Shown: positions 25,470 to 36,340 of the stretch, in pieces
Layout of the letters: each line of letters starts with the position of its first letter
How positions within the stretch are numbered: position 1 is the first letter of the stretch
Assembly (NCBI GenBank): GCA_046538415.1
Contig: JBKHIY010000009.1
Location: 7,642-71,641 of the forward strand
DNA: 64,000 nt
Source of the DNA: Candidatus Brocadiia bacterium
GTDB lineage: Bacteria; Planctomycetota; PUPC01; DSUN01
Direction: 5' to 3'
Program-made: the position numbers and the translations under genes
The notes under the pieces: model-generated
Seen by the model: only the letters and a program-made list of their open reading frames with translations
What the model was told of the DNA's origin: nothing
The model's database searches: none

Positions 25470-26852
25470 CTAGGCGGTGGCCAGGCGCTCGCCGAGCATG
25501 CCCTGTTGGCGGTAGCGTCCCAGCTTGTTGCGCAGGGTTCGAGGGGTGACCTCGAGGATGCGTGCCGCCTCGGTCTTGTTGCCCCCCGTGCTCTCCAGGG
25601 TCTTGAGGATCAGCTCGCGCTCCATCTCGTCGATGGACTGTCCGACGACGACTCCCGTGCCCAGGCGGGGGGCTCGCCCCTCGCGGAGGTCGGCGGGCAG
25701 GTCCTGGGTCTCGAGCACCTCGCGGGTGCCCAGGACGACGGCGCGGTGGATGATGTTGCGCAGCTCGCGGACGTTTCCCGGCCACCGGTAGTTGGTGAGC
25801 GCGTGGAGGGCCTCCTTGCTCACGCGGCGGACGGGCGAGGCGCTCTCGCGGCTGAACCGCTTGAGGAAGTAGTCGACCAGCAGGGGCACGTCCTCCCGGC
25901 GGTCGCGCAGCGGCGGGAGGACGATGGGCACCACGTTGAGGCGGTAGAAGAGGTCGCTGCGGAAGCGCTTCTCCTCCACCTCGCGCACCAGGTCGCGGTT
26001 GGTCGTGCAGATGAGGCGCACGTCGACCTTGATGGTACGGGTGCCGCCCACGCGCTCGAACTCCTCCTCCTCGATGGCCCGCAGGAGCTTGGCCTGGAGT
26101 GCGAGGGGGATTTCGGAGATTTCGTCGAGCAGGAGGGTGCCCCCGTGGGCCAGCTCGAAGCGCCCCTCCCGACGGGCGATGGCCCCGGTGAAGGAGCCTT
26201 TCTCGTGGCCGAACAGCTCGCTTTCCAGGAGGGTCTCGGACAGTGCGGCGCAGTTGACCGTGATGAGCGCTTCCTCGCTGCGGGGGCTGGAGTAGTGGGC
26301 GAGCCGGGCCACCAGCTCCTTGCCCGTGCCGCTCTCGCCCTGGATGAGCAGCGTGGCCTTGCTCTTGGCTACCCGCTCGACGGTCTCCAGCACCTGGCGC
26401 ATCCTGGCGTGGCGGCCGACGATCTGCTCGCCGGAGTCGCGCCCCGAGAGCTGGGAGCGCAGGTAGCGGTTCTCTCGCACCAGGGCGTGCCACTCGCCCA
26501 CGCGCTGGAGGAGGACGTCGATGCGGTCAGGGGAGAAGGGCTTGACGATGTAGTCGAAGGCCCCGTCCTTCATGGCCTCCACGGCGCTCTCGATGGTGCC
26601 GTAGGCGGTGACCAGGATCACCGGGGCGTCGCGGTTGACCTCGCGTGCCCGGCGGAGAACCTCCATGCCCGAGACGTCGGGCATCTTGACGTCGCTGACC
26701 ACCAGGTCGAAGTCCTCCCGCTCGAGCAGGCGCAGGCCCTCGGCCCCGCACGTGGCGGCCACCGTCTCGCAGCCGTGGCGGCCGAGGGTTTCCTCGAGCA
26801 GTTCGCGGCTCAGGGCATCGTCGTCGACGATCAGCACTCTCTCGATGGCCAT
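25470..26852 (-). CDS. sigma-54-dependent response regulator (NtrC family; FleR/FlrC/FlgR-like), EBP1
   Basis: ORF 25470..26852. The REC domain reads VLIVDDD..DLVVSDVKMPDVSG. The AAA+ domain has GESGTGKE and GSFTGA, and ESELFGHEKG is present. A C-terminal Fis-type HTH follows (NKTEAARILEVTPRTLRNKL). Confidence 0.9.
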   Translation of the reverse strand: MAIERVLIVDDDALSRELLEETLGRHGCETVAATCGAEGLRLLEREDFDLVVSDVKMPDVSGMEVLRRAREVNRDAPVILVTAYGTIESAVEAMKDGAFDYIVKPFSPDRIDVLLQRVGEWHALVRENRYLRSQLSGRDSGEQIVGRHARMRQVLETVERVAKSKATLLIQGESGTGKELVARLAHYSSPRSEEALITVNCAALSETLLESELFGHEKGSFTGAIARREGRFELAHGGTLLLDEISEIPLALQAKLLRAIEEEEFERVGGTRTIKVDVRLICTTNRDLVREVEEKRFRSDLFYRLNVVPIVLPPLRDRREDVPLLVDYFLKRFSRESASPVRRVSKEALHALTNYRWPGNVRELRNIIHRAVVLGTREVLETQDLPADLREGRAPRLGTGVVVGQSIDEMERELILKTLESTGGNKTEAARILEVTPRTLRNKLGRYRQQGMLGERLATA

Positions 26853-26858
26853 GCGCGG

Positions 26859-28145
26859 TCACCTCGGTTCCATGGTGGGGCGGGGTCGCGGGGCCTGGCG
26901 GGGGAGGGTGAGGACTGCCGTGGTCCCCTGGCCATCCTCGCTGTCCAGCTCCAGGGAGCCGCCGTGCAGGCGAGCGATGCGCCGCACGATGGCCAGGCCC
27001 AGGCCACTGCCCGTGCTCTTGGTGGTGAAGAAGGGGTCGAAGATCTTGCTCCGCACCTCGTCGGGGATGCCCGGGCCGGTGTCCTGGATGCGGATCTGCA
27101 CGCGGTCCGGGGGCTGGCCGCAGGCGCGGGTCGCCAGGCGCACCTCGCCCCCGCCCTCGCCCAGGGCCTGGACGGCGTTGAGCAGGAGGTTCATGGCCGC
27201 CTGGCGGAGCTGGTCGGGGTCGGCCACCAGCCGGTCGGCCCGAGGGGAGAAGTCGCGGCGGAAGGCCACCCCCCGGAGGCCCTGATGGCGGCACTCCTCC
27301 TCCACGAAGCTCAGGGCCTCCTCCAGCACGGCCCGGGCCGAGATGGGGCGGACCTCCAGGGCGCAGGGCTGGCTGAACTCCAGCATGTGGGTCACCGTGC
27401 GGTTCAGGCTCCGCGCCCCGGCCTGGATCTTGCGGGCGAACTGGCGGAGCTTGCTCCCCGCCTCCAGGTCGCGCACCAGCAGCGAGGCGAAGCCCTCGAT
27501 CCCGTTCAGGGGGTTGCGGATCTCGTGGGCTAGCTGAGAGGCCATGTGGCCCAGCGCGGCCAGCTTGTCGGCCCGGTCGAGGCGTTTCTGGAGCTCGCGG
27601 AACTCGGTCCTGTCCGCGAAGATCTCCACGGCGCCGATGAGGGCCCCGCGGGAGTCGCGGATGGGGGCGAAGGTGGAGCTGAGGCGCAGGCGGCGCCCCG
27701 AGGCGCACACCACCTCGCGCTCGAAGCCGCTGGTGGCCCGGCCCCGGGCCAGGGTGTCGGCCAGGGGAGAGGGCGAGCCGTCGGCGCTGTGGTGGACCCG
27801 CTGGTAGGGCTGGCCCAGGAGCTGGCCGGCGGGGAGCCCCAGGATGCGCTCGGCGGCCCGGTTGGCCGAGGTCACCCGTCCCTCGGCGTCCACGGCGACG
27901 AGCCCGTTGTCCATCCCCGCCAGGATTTCGTTCAGGTAGTTGGTCAGGCTGTTGAGTTCCTCGACCTTTCGGTTCAGCCGCTGGTTGGCCTGGAGCAGCT
28001 GGTGGTCGACCTGTCGGACTCGTTCGCGGAGGGCGCGGTAGGCCTCTTCGAGCCGCTGGGAGGAGCGGCTGAAGGTCTCGAAGGCGACCGCCAGGTCGCT
28101 GGCGGCGAGCCCGGTGTGGGACGAGGCGTGGGGGGCAGGCGCCAT
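26859..28145 (-). CDS. cytoplasmic PAS-domain sensor histidine kinase (FleS/FlrB/FlgS-like), HK1
   Basis: Inner part of ORF 26859..28718, ATG 28145. It has a coiled coil, a PAS domain (GLVAVDAEGRVTSANRAAERILG), H-box LAHEIRNPLNGI, N-box NLLLNAVQA and G-boxes DTGPGI and GSGLGLAI. No TM segment is present. Confidence 0.88.
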   Translation of the reverse strand: MAPAPHASSHTGLAASDLAVAFETFSRSSQRLEEAYRALRERVRQVDHQLLQANQRLNRKVEELNSLTNYLNEILAGMDNGLVAVDAEGRVTSANRAAERILGLPAGQLLGQPYQRVHHSADGSPSPLADTLARGRATSGFEREVVCASGRRLRLSSTFAPIRDSRGALIGAVEIFADRTEFRELQKRLDRADKLAALGHMASQLAHEIRNPLNGIEGFASLLVRDLEAGSKLRQFARKIQAGARSLNRTVTHMLEFSQPCALEVRPISARAVLEEALSFVEEECRHQGLRGVAFRRDFSPRADRLVADPDQLRQAAMNLLLNAVQALGEGGGEVRLATRACGQPPDRVQIRIQDTGPGIPDEVRSKIFDPFFTTKSTGSGLGLAIVRRIARLHGGSLELDSEDGQGTTAVLTLPRQAPRPRPTMEPR

Positions 28146-28167
28146 GGTGCTCTCCGTGGCCTCGGGG

Positions 28168-28629
28168 TCAGCGGTGGATATCCATGAAGCGAGGCTGCGG
28201 CTGGGGCTCGTCGGCGGTGGAGCGGTGCATCTCGGTGCCCCGCTGGATGTGGCCCAGCTCCTCTTCCACTTCGCCGTGGCACTGGAGGAGGAGCTGCTCG
28301 TTGCGCTGCTCCTGGGCCATGATGCTTTCGATGGTGGCCAGGATGGCGTCGAGGAGGGCGTTGAGGCGCTCGCGCTGCGGGCCGGGGACGGCTTCGCCCC
28401 ACCATTGGCGCTTGAGGGGCTCGATGTCGCTCTCGATGCTGGCCAGGGCGCGGAGGAGCTGGTCCTTGCGCTCGAAGAGGGCGGCGCAGCGGTCCACGTC
28501 GCCATGGTCTGCCAGCAGGGCCCCCTGCTCCTCGGAGAGGGCCAGGAGGGACTGGTAGATCTCCGCCTCGGTCCTGTAGCTGGCGATGAGGCGTGCGGCC
28601 GCGTCGCTCTCGCTTCCTGTGCCTGCCAT
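28168..28629 (-). CDS. FlgN-like helical protein (paralog of the flgN at 47918)
   Basis: ORF 28168..28629. All-helical Q/E/L-rich pattern (YRTEAEIYQSLLALSEEQGALL..FERKDQLLRAL..NEQLLL) resembling the FlgN family. Weak call. Confidence 0.4.
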   Translation of the reverse strand: MAGTGSESDAAARLIASYRTEAEIYQSLLALSEEQGALLADHGDVDRCAALFERKDQLLRALASIESDIEPLKRQWWGEAVPGPQRERLNALLDAILATIESIMAQEQRNEQLLLQCHGEVEEELGHIQRGTEMHRSTADEPQPQPRFMDIHR

Positions 28630-28633
28630 TGGT

Positions 28634-29296
28634 TCACTCTCCTGTGGAGGACTGGAGGCGCTCCCAGCGCTTTTCCCATTGCGCCGTCTTCAGCGTCCAG
28701 GCCACGTGGCCTTTGCACCAGGGGTTGTCGGGGTAGTCCTGCATGAGGGTCTGGAAATGCTCGATCGCCGCGTCGTAGAGGCCCAGGCGGCGGCAGCAGT
28801 TGCCCGCCTGGAGGAGTGCCCAGATGCGGTCGCCGTCTTCGAGTCCCTCCCGCCCCGCCAGGGCCTCGTAGAGAGCTCGCGCCCGGGCGTAGCGGCCCAG
28901 GCGGTAGAGCACGTCGGCGGCGGCCATCGAGGGGCGGCGGAGGAGCGGCGAGGAGTCCTCGCCGCCCTGGCGGGCCCCGTCCTGTGTCTTGGGCTTCTCC
29001 TTGTCCCCCCCCTCGGGCTTGGGCGCGTCCCCGGCGCCCGGGGGGCCGGACGGAGGCTTCTGGGGCGTCGCCGTATGCGCGGCGGCTTCCAGCTTCTCCA
29101 GCTCGGCCCTCATGCGGGCCAGGCTGGCCTCCTCGGCGGCGAGCCGCTCGGCGAGCGAGGGAGCCTGGCCTTCGGGGCGGGCCGCGCCGACGGGCTCCTC
29201 GGCCTGCTTGCGGAGCTCGGCGCCAATGGGAGCCGCGAGGAGCGTCAGGGCGGCGAAGACGACTGGCGCTCGGGGGAATCTGCCGAGGGGGGTCAT
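28634..29296 (-). CDS. secreted small TPR-like protein
   Basis: Inner part of ORF 28634..30664. ATG 29296 overlaps the upstream stop (ATGA). A signal-like N-terminus and a charged linker are followed by LYRLGRYARARALYEAL..AGNCCRRLGLYDAAIEHFQTLMQDYPDNPW. Confidence 0.65.
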   Translation of the reverse strand: MTPLGRFPRAPVVFAALTLLAAPIGAELRKQAEEPVGAARPEGQAPSLAERLAAEEASLARMRAELEKLEAAAHTATPQKPPSGPPGAGDAPKPEGGDKEKPKTQDGARQGGEDSSPLLRRPSMAAADVLYRLGRYARARALYEALAGREGLEDGDRIWALLQAGNCCRRLGLYDAAIEHFQTLMQDYPDNPWCKGHVAWTLKTAQWEKRWERLQSSTGE

Positions 29297-31032
29297 GGGG
29301 TGGCTCCTTCGGCGCCGCCGGGGCGGGTGGCGGCCTGGGCGACGCGCGCCGCCTCCTGGTAGGCCTGGAGAGCCTCCTCCAGGCGTCCCATGCGGCGGTG
29401 GCAGTTGCCCATCCCGTCGTAGGCGTCGGCGGCCAGGCCGGGCTGCGAGGTGCCCTCGGCCACGCGGCGGAAGAGGGCCAGCGCGTCGGCGGGGCGCCCG
29501 TCGTCCAGGGCCGCCTGGCCGGCGCGGTAGAGGGCGCGCCAGGCGGCAGGGGCGTCGCTCTCGCGGGCCGCCCGCTCGAAGTAGAGCTGGGCCTTCTGGC
29601 AGTTGCCCTTGGCGCGGTAGCACTCGCCGAGCCCCTCCAGGACCTCCCTGCGGTCCGGGCGCCCGGGCTGTTCGGCGAGAACCTGCTCGTAGATGCTCAC
29701 CGCGTGGCCGAAGAGCGTCATCCGCTGGTAGAGCCTGGCCAGCCGCAGGCGAGCCTGGCGGGCCTGGGGGGCCTGCGGGGCCTGGCGGAGAGCCCCGCGG
29801 TAGGCTTCCAGGGCCAGGAGGGGGGCGTCCTGGCGGAAGAAGGACTCCGCGATCAGGTAGTAGGCGTCGACGGCCTCGGGGGCCTGGGGGAACTTCTGCA
29901 TCAGGGCGTGGAGCATGGCCCGCGCCTTCGCGTGCTCGCCCTGGGCCAGGAGGCCTCGCCCGGCCAGCAGGCGCACCCGGGCCTCCGCCCTCGCCGGCAG
30001 CCCCCCCTGGAGGAGGCCCTGGAAGCGCCGCTGGGCCGCCGTCAGGCGGTTGCTCTCCAGCAGGCACTGGCCGAGCAGCACCTCGGCCTCCAGGCGGCTC
30101 GGCGTGTCGGGGTATTTCTGGATGACCTCCTCGAACAGGGGCACGGCCTCGGCGGGGCGGTCCTCGGCCACGTGGAGGCCCGCCAGGGCGAGCAGCGCAT
30201 CGTCGGCGAAGGCGCTCTGGGGATGGGCCGCGGCCAGGCGGCGGTAGGCCATGGCGGCCTGCTTGCGGTCGTCGAGCGCCGCGCTCGACCGTCCCATGAG
30301 CAGCAGCGCCTCGGGTGTCTCGGCGGCGTCCGGGTACTCGTCGACCAGCCGCTGGAGCTGCTCGATGGCCTGGGGGTGGAGGCCCTGGTCGGCGAAGTGC
30401 TTGCCCAGGGTCAGGTGCGCGTGCGGCGCGCGTTCGCTGTCGGGGTAGGTCACCAGGGCCACCTTGAACCAGTGCTCGGCCTTGGCCCGCAGCCGCTCCT
30501 GGGGCGACTCGTAGTGCTGCTTGCTCGGGGGCGTGACCACCAGCGTCTCGTCGCCCAGCGTATAGTCCAGGTCGAAGCGCCCCACCAGGAGGTCCAGAAG
30601 CTCCCGCAGCGTCACCGTCTCCAGGGCCGCGGTGACCAGGCCGGACAGGGCGGGGTAGGGACAATCCTTGTCCATCAGCAGGTCGACGCGGGCCTCCACG
30701 GCCACGCTCTCCAGCACCCGCTTCAGGGTGGCTCCGTGCGCTTCCACGGCGAACACGGTTCGGCCATGGGCGTCGCGGTCGCTACGCACCAGCACCACTG
30801 GCTCCTGGGCGTCGCCGCTGCGGGAGCGGGGGGGCGGCTGGGGCACGTCGGGCGGAGCTCCGACCTCCTGCTCGTACTGCCGCAAGCGCTGGCGGAGACG
30901 CTCCAACTGCGCCTGGCGCCGCCGGAGCTCGCGCTCGGCCTCGCGGCGGGGGCCCTCGCCCTCGTCCTCGGCGCCACGCGCTGCGGCGGCGAGGGCGGGA
31001 AGCACACACAGGGCCAGCGCGGCGATCCTCAT
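29293..31032 (-). CDS. secreted STN-domain + multi-TPR protein
   Basis: Inner part of ORF 29293..31347. ATG 31032 overlaps the upstream stop (ATGA). The signal peptide is MRIAALALCVLPALAAAARG, followed by a coiled coil. The STN-like segment reads VFAVEAHGATLKRVLESVAVEARVDLL..VTLRELLDLLVGRFDLDYTLGDETLVV. About 10 TPR-like repeats follow. Confidence 0.7.
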   Translation of the reverse strand: MRIAALALCVLPALAAAARGAEDEGEGPRREAERELRRRQAQLERLRQRLRQYEQEVGAPPDVPQPPPRSRSGDAQEPVVLVRSDRDAHGRTVFAVEAHGATLKRVLESVAVEARVDLLMDKDCPYPALSGLVTAALETVTLRELLDLLVGRFDLDYTLGDETLVVTPPSKQHYESPQERLRAKAEHWFKVALVTYPDSERAPHAHLTLGKHFADQGLHPQAIEQLQRLVDEYPDAAETPEALLLMGRSSAALDDRKQAAMAYRRLAAAHPQSAFADDALLALAGLHVAEDRPAEAVPLFEEVIQKYPDTPSRLEAEVLLGQCLLESNRLTAAQRRFQGLLQGGLPARAEARVRLLAGRGLLAQGEHAKARAMLHALMQKFPQAPEAVDAYYLIAESFFRQDAPLLALEAYRGALRQAPQAPQARQARLRLARLYQRMTLFGHAVSIYEQVLAEQPGRPDRREVLEGLGECYRAKGNCQKAQLYFERAARESDAPAAWRALYRAGQAALDDGRPADALALFRRVAEGTSQPGLAADAYDGMGNCHRRMGRLEEALQAYQEAARVAQAATRPGGAEGATP

Positions 31033-32129
31033 CGGAGGCCCTCCTCGTCGAGCGCCTGGCCCTCCAGCCAGTAGGCATCGGCCAGGCGGTAGTGGGCCTT
31101 CTCGATGAGGCTCGCGGCCTGGGGCCCGAAGCTCGCCTGGCGGAGCAGCAGCTCGTAGAACGCCTCGCGGGCCTTGTGGTAGGAGCCCAGGCGCAGGTGG
31201 ACCTCGCCCAGCTGATAGAGCGCCCGGGGATGGTAGCTGCTGGGATAGGCGAGGGCCACCTGGCGGTAGGCGGCGATGGCCTGGGGATACTTGCTCAGGC
31301 GGAAGTAGCACTGGCCGAGGCGGAAGGCCGCGGCCCCGTCGTTCCACCCCGAGGGCACCACGGCCAGGGCATTGCGGTAGGCGGCGGCGGCCTTCACGTA
31401 CTGCTCCTTCTCGAAGAGCACGTCCGCCTTCTCCATGGTCTGCACGTAGCGCAGCCCCTCGTCCACCTGGAGGGTGCTCTGGGCCTGGCTCGCCTCCTGG
31501 TCCGCCCGGTCCTGGGGGAGGGAGGAGCGGGGCTGGGGCGGGTGGAGCGGGGAGGGGGGCTCGGGGCGCTGGACCGAGGCGAGGGCATCGGCCACCTTGC
31601 GGTAGACGCTCCAGGTGGCCACGATGAACACGGCGAGGAAAAGGGCGTGGAGCAGGACGAGGGTTCGGGACGTTGTGGCCAGGGGCAGCGGTCGCGAGCT
31701 GGCCTGGGCTGCTTGCCGCTGGCGCGGCGCGGGCGAAGGGGTGGGAGCGCCCGCCGGAGGCCCGTCGGCCCGCTCGACCGGCTCGTCCTGCTCCTCGCCT
31801 TGAGGCTCTGGAGGTGCGTCGTCGGAGATCTCGACGAAGGTTTCCTCACCGGGACTCTCGTCCTCGTCTTCTCCGGGCCCCGGTGGCTCCTCCTCGCCGC
31901 GCAGCTCGGCGAGGATCTCGGTGATGGCCTCGTGGCGGTCCGCCTCCGTCTCGTCGTAGTCGGAGTCCTCGGCCCCGGCCGGGGGGGCGGCGGGCTCGGG
32001 CGCGGCCTCGCGCGGCTCTTCGCCCGGCTGTTCGTCGCCGCCCGGCTCCCGGGTCAGGGCCTCCTGGGGCTCCTCGGCTGCGGGGGCCTGCGTGGAGCCT
32101 TGCTGCGTGCTCTCGGGCTCTTCAGCCAT
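31029..32129 (-). CDS. bitopic membrane protein: acidic cytoplasmic N-terminus, one TM, periplasmic TPR (YbgF-like) domain
   Basis: ORF 31029..32129. The first 150 aa are E/P/D-rich. The TM segment is LVLLHALFLAVFIVATWSV. TPR motifs include YVKAAAAYRNAL..FRLGQCYFRLSKYPQAIAAYRQV..LYQLGEVHLRLGSYHKAREAF. Confidence 0.7.
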   Translation of the reverse strand: MAEEPESTQQGSTQAPAAEEPQEALTREPGGDEQPGEEPREAAPEPAAPPAGAEDSDYDETEADRHEAITEILAELRGEEEPPGPGEDEDESPGEETFVEISDDAPPEPQGEEQDEPVERADGPPAGAPTPSPAPRQRQAAQASSRPLPLATTSRTLVLLHALFLAVFIVATWSVYRKVADALASVQRPEPPSPLHPPQPRSSLPQDRADQEASQAQSTLQVDEGLRYVQTMEKADVLFEKEQYVKAAAAYRNALAVVPSGWNDGAAAFRLGQCYFRLSKYPQAIAAYRQVALAYPSSYHPRALYQLGEVHLRLGSYHKAREAFYELLLRQASFGPQAASLIEKAHYRLADAYWLEGQALDEEGLR

Positions 32130-32529
32130 GTCCGTTCTCGATGGTGGCCTGGGAAGGCTCCAGGAGCTGCTGCCTTTCGGGCTCGCTTAGCTGGGGGCCG
32201 AAGCTTGCGGCGATTTGCTCCTCGGTGTCGAGGAACTCGAAGACGGCCCCCAGGCCGCACAGGTCGAAGAGCTGGCGCACGGCGGGGCGGCAGGCGAGGA
32301 GCTTGAGGTCGCCGCCGCGCTGGCGCAGCTCGTCGAGGTGAGCGAGAAGGGCGCCGAGGGCCCGCGCGGAGACGTAGCAGGCGGGGCGCATGTCCACCAC
32401 CACCTGGCAGAATCCTGCGGCCAGGGCTTCGCCCAGCCTGCGGCGCAGGGCTTCCGCCTCCCCGCCCAGGAGATTGCCCCGGGGCACCACCACGCGGATG
32501 CCGATCGCCTCGTCAGTTCCCATCGCCAC
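32122..32529 (-). CDS. STAS-domain anti-sigma-factor antagonist (SpoIIAA/RsbV-like)
   Basis: ORF 32122..32529. VVVPRGNLLGGEAEALRRRL...VVVDMRPACYVSARALGALL..LKLLACRPAVRQLFDLCGL. The Ser in YVSARALG aligns by eye with the phospho-Ser of SpoIIAA. Confidence 0.75.
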   Translation of the reverse strand: MAMGTDEAIGIRVVVPRGNLLGGEAEALRRRLGEALAAGFCQVVVDMRPACYVSARALGALLAHLDELRQRGGDLKLLACRPAVRQLFDLCGLGAVFEFLDTEEQIAASFGPQLSEPERQQLLEPSQATIENGHG

Positions 32530-33826
32530 GGCTACGTCCTTTCTCCATTCGCACGGTGGTCCCGCGACGGGGCGAGGAGTCCACCTCCATCGCGTCCATC
32601 AGCCGGCGCATCATGTGGAAGCCCCGGCCCGATTCCCGGTAGAGGTCGGGGCCGTCGAGGAGCGCCGGCTCGGCCGCCGCGGGGTCGAAGCCGCAGCCGC
32701 TGTCGCTCACCTGGACCACCAGGTCGTCCTCGGTGAGCAGGTAGCGCACCTCGATCATCCCCTGGCCGCGGCCCTCGTAGGCGTGGCGCTCGGCGTTGTC
32801 CACCGCCTCGGCCACTGCGGCCACCACACGGGAAGCCGCCATCTCGTCCAGCCCCGCCTCCTCGGCCACCCGCCGGGTGCGCTCGATACTCGCCTCCGCG
32901 GCCCCGGGGACTCGGAGGGTGAGGGTGTGCTCGCCAAGCCTGTGGAGCAGGGCTCCCAGGTCGGCGCGGAGCGCCGCCCCGGCCACCAGCCCCTCGGCCT
33001 CCGCCAGGCTCTGCTCGGGGCCGGCGGCCGCGGCCTCGGCGCTGGCCGCCACCAGGATGCTACCCTCCCCGATGGCCAGGCCCACGTCCTCGTGGCCGCC
33101 GCCCAGGTCCTCCGCATGGTCCGGCTGAGGCCCGCACAGCCAGGCCACCACCTCGCCCCGGCAAGCGTAGCGGAGCACGCGGGCCGGCACGTCCACCACG
33201 CCCAGGAAGGCCCACAGCTCCTGCCCCAACCATTCCTGGGCGCTGGCCAGCACCGTCTGGGGACGCCCCCGGTGGGCCGCCGTGGCCCGCAGCAGGCCGC
33301 GCAGCACCTCCGCGCCCGCCGCGGGCTCCGCGGCGAACAGGATGCCGCGCCGCCCGGGGCCCACCCGCCAGGCGTCGCGCACCCACCGGGTCTCCCCCGG
33401 GGCCAGGAGGAGCTCGTGGGGCATGGGGGCCAGGGGGAAGGGGCTGCGGGCCGGGGCGCGGGGCTCCCGGGCGCCCAGGACGCGGGCCGCGGCGGCGCAC
33501 AGGTCGGCCACGCGGAAGGGCTTGGTCAGGTAGTCGGAGGCCCCCAGGCGGAGGGCCTGGCGGGCGGTCTCCAGGGAGCCGTAGGCGGTGACCACGATGG
33601 CGGCCACCGCGGGCTGGCGCAGGCGCAGGGCGCGGAGGAGTTCGAGGCCGTCGATGCCCGGGAGGCGGACGTCGCAGACCAGGAGGTCGACGCGGGTGTC
33701 GCGTGCCAGTTCGAGCGCTGCCTCGCCGCTTTCCGCTTCGCGCACGTGGTGGCCCTGGTTGCGGAGCGCGGTGGCCGCCGCGGCCCGCAGCGCCCGGTCG
33801 TCGTCCACGAGGAGGATGGTGGCCAT
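32513..33826 (-). CDS. response regulator fused to a degenerate PP2C/SpoIIE-like domain and an RsbW/SpoIIAB-type serine kinase domain
   Basis: ORF 32513..33826. The REC domain reads ILLVDDD..DLLVCDVRLPGIDG..DYLTKPF. The middle region follows the SpoIIE pattern but has EPAAGA for DvsGhG and VAASAEA for yTDGl. The C-terminal HATPase_c_2 domain reads AVAEAVDNAERHAY..VSDSGCGFD..GRGFHMMRRLMD..GTTVRMEK. Confidence 0.7.
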   Translation of the reverse strand: MATILLVDDDRALRAAAATALRNQGHHVREAESGEAALELARDTRVDLLVCDVRLPGIDGLELLRALRLRQPAVAAIVVTAYGSLETARQALRLGASDYLTKPFRVADLCAAAARVLGAREPRAPARSPFPLAPMPHELLLAPGETRWVRDAWRVGPGRRGILFAAEPAAGAEVLRGLLRATAAHRGRPQTVLASAQEWLGQELWAFLGVVDVPARVLRYACRGEVVAWLCGPQPDHAEDLGGGHEDVGLAIGEGSILVAASAEAAAAGPEQSLAEAEGLVAGAALRADLGALLHRLGEHTLTLRVPGAAEASIERTRRVAEEAGLDEMAASRVVAAVAEAVDNAERHAYEGRGQGMIEVRYLLTEDDLVVQVSDSGCGFDPAAAEPALLDGPDLYRESGRGFHMMRRLMDAMEVDSSPRRGTTVRMEKGRSRGDGN

Positions 33827-33832
33827 CGGGGG

Positions 33833-34822
33833 TCAGCTCCCGCTCTGCGCGGCGTCGGCGCGCCGCAGGTAGACGGTGAAGCGCGTGCCCTCGCCGGGCC
33901 GGCTCTCCACGGTCACGTGCCCGCCCTGCTGCTCGATGAGCTTGCGGGTCACGGCCAGGCCGAGGCCCACGCCGCCGGCCCGGGTGGTGAAGAAGGGGGC
34001 GAAGATCCTGGGCAGGTGGCGCCGCTCGATGCCCCGCCCCGTGTCGGCGAACTCCACGCACACGAAGTCCGAGCCGGGCTCGGGCTGGCGGATGCGCACG
34101 GAGAGGGTGCCGCCCCGGGGCATGGCCTGGAGGGCGTTGGTCGCCAGGTTGCGGAAGGCCTGCTGGATGAGCTCGGAGTCGGCCTGGACGGGGGTACACC
34201 GCTCGGGCTCCTCGACCTCCACCCTCACCCGCTGGCGGGAGGCCAGGGGCCGCAGGGCGCGGAGCACGGGGCCCACGTCGTCGGCGACGTCGGAGGGCAG
34301 GAGCTGGGGCTGGCGGCTGCGTGCGAAGTCGAGCAGGTTGCGCACCATCCTGGCCAGCCGCTCGGTCTCGCCGAGGATCACGTCGAGGCCTTCGGCCCCC
34401 TCGTGGCCCGGGGGAAGGCCTTCGCGGACCACCTCCGCCGTGGCCGAGATGCCGGCCAGGGGGCTGCGGAACTCGTGGGCCACCACGGCGCACAGCTCGC
34501 CCAGCTCGGCCAGGGCCTGGAGCCGTGCCGCGTCGTCCTCCGCCTGCGGGGCCGCCTCGGGCTGGGGAGCTTCGGGGCGAGGCGCTGCGGGGAGCGCGGG
34601 CTCGAGGCCCAGGAGGGCGGCTTCCACGGTCTGGTCGCCTTCGTCGATGGGCCTCAGGCTGCCGCCCACCTTGCGCACGCTCCGCGCGTCGGCGGCGAAG
34701 CCGCGGCCGCGGCGGGGCCTGCGGGGGTCGGGGATGCGGAGGTCCAGTTCCGCATCGGGGGCCTGGTCGGTGAGCAGGCCGTCCAGGACGTGCTCGCGGT
34801 GCTCGGCGTCGCCTTGTGCCAC
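33833..34822 (-). CDS. soluble histidine kinase without recognisable sensor domain, HK2
   Basis: Inner part of ORF 33833..35053. GTG 34822 lies 8 nt after GAGGGAG and 16 nt after the EBP2 stop. Motifs are H-box VVAHEFRSPLAGI, N-box RNLATNALQA, and G-boxes DTGRGI and GVGLGLAV. No TM segment is present. Confidence 0.8.
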   Translation of the reverse strand: MAQGDAEHREHVLDGLLTDQAPDAELDLRIPDPRRPRRGRGFAADARSVRKVGGSLRPIDEGDQTVEAALLGLEPALPAAPRPEAPQPEAAPQAEDDAARLQALAELGELCAVVAHEFRSPLAGISATAEVVREGLPPGHEGAEGLDVILGETERLARMVRNLLDFARSRQPQLLPSDVADDVGPVLRALRPLASRQRVRVEVEEPERCTPVQADSELIQQAFRNLATNALQAMPRGGTLSVRIRQPEPGSDFVCVEFADTGRGIERRHLPRIFAPFFTTRAGGVGLGLAVTRKLIEQQGGHVTVESRPGEGTRFTVYLRRADAAQSGS

Positions 34823-34838
34823 GGCTTGTGCTCCCTCG

Positions 34839-36254
<1,416 letters not shown>

Positions 36255-36340
36255 CCGCATCCTCGATACTGAGAGGGTCGAAGCCGCTGGCTCAGGGGAA
36301 GATTTCCTGCGCCGCCCGTGCGAGACGGCGCGCAGCAATC

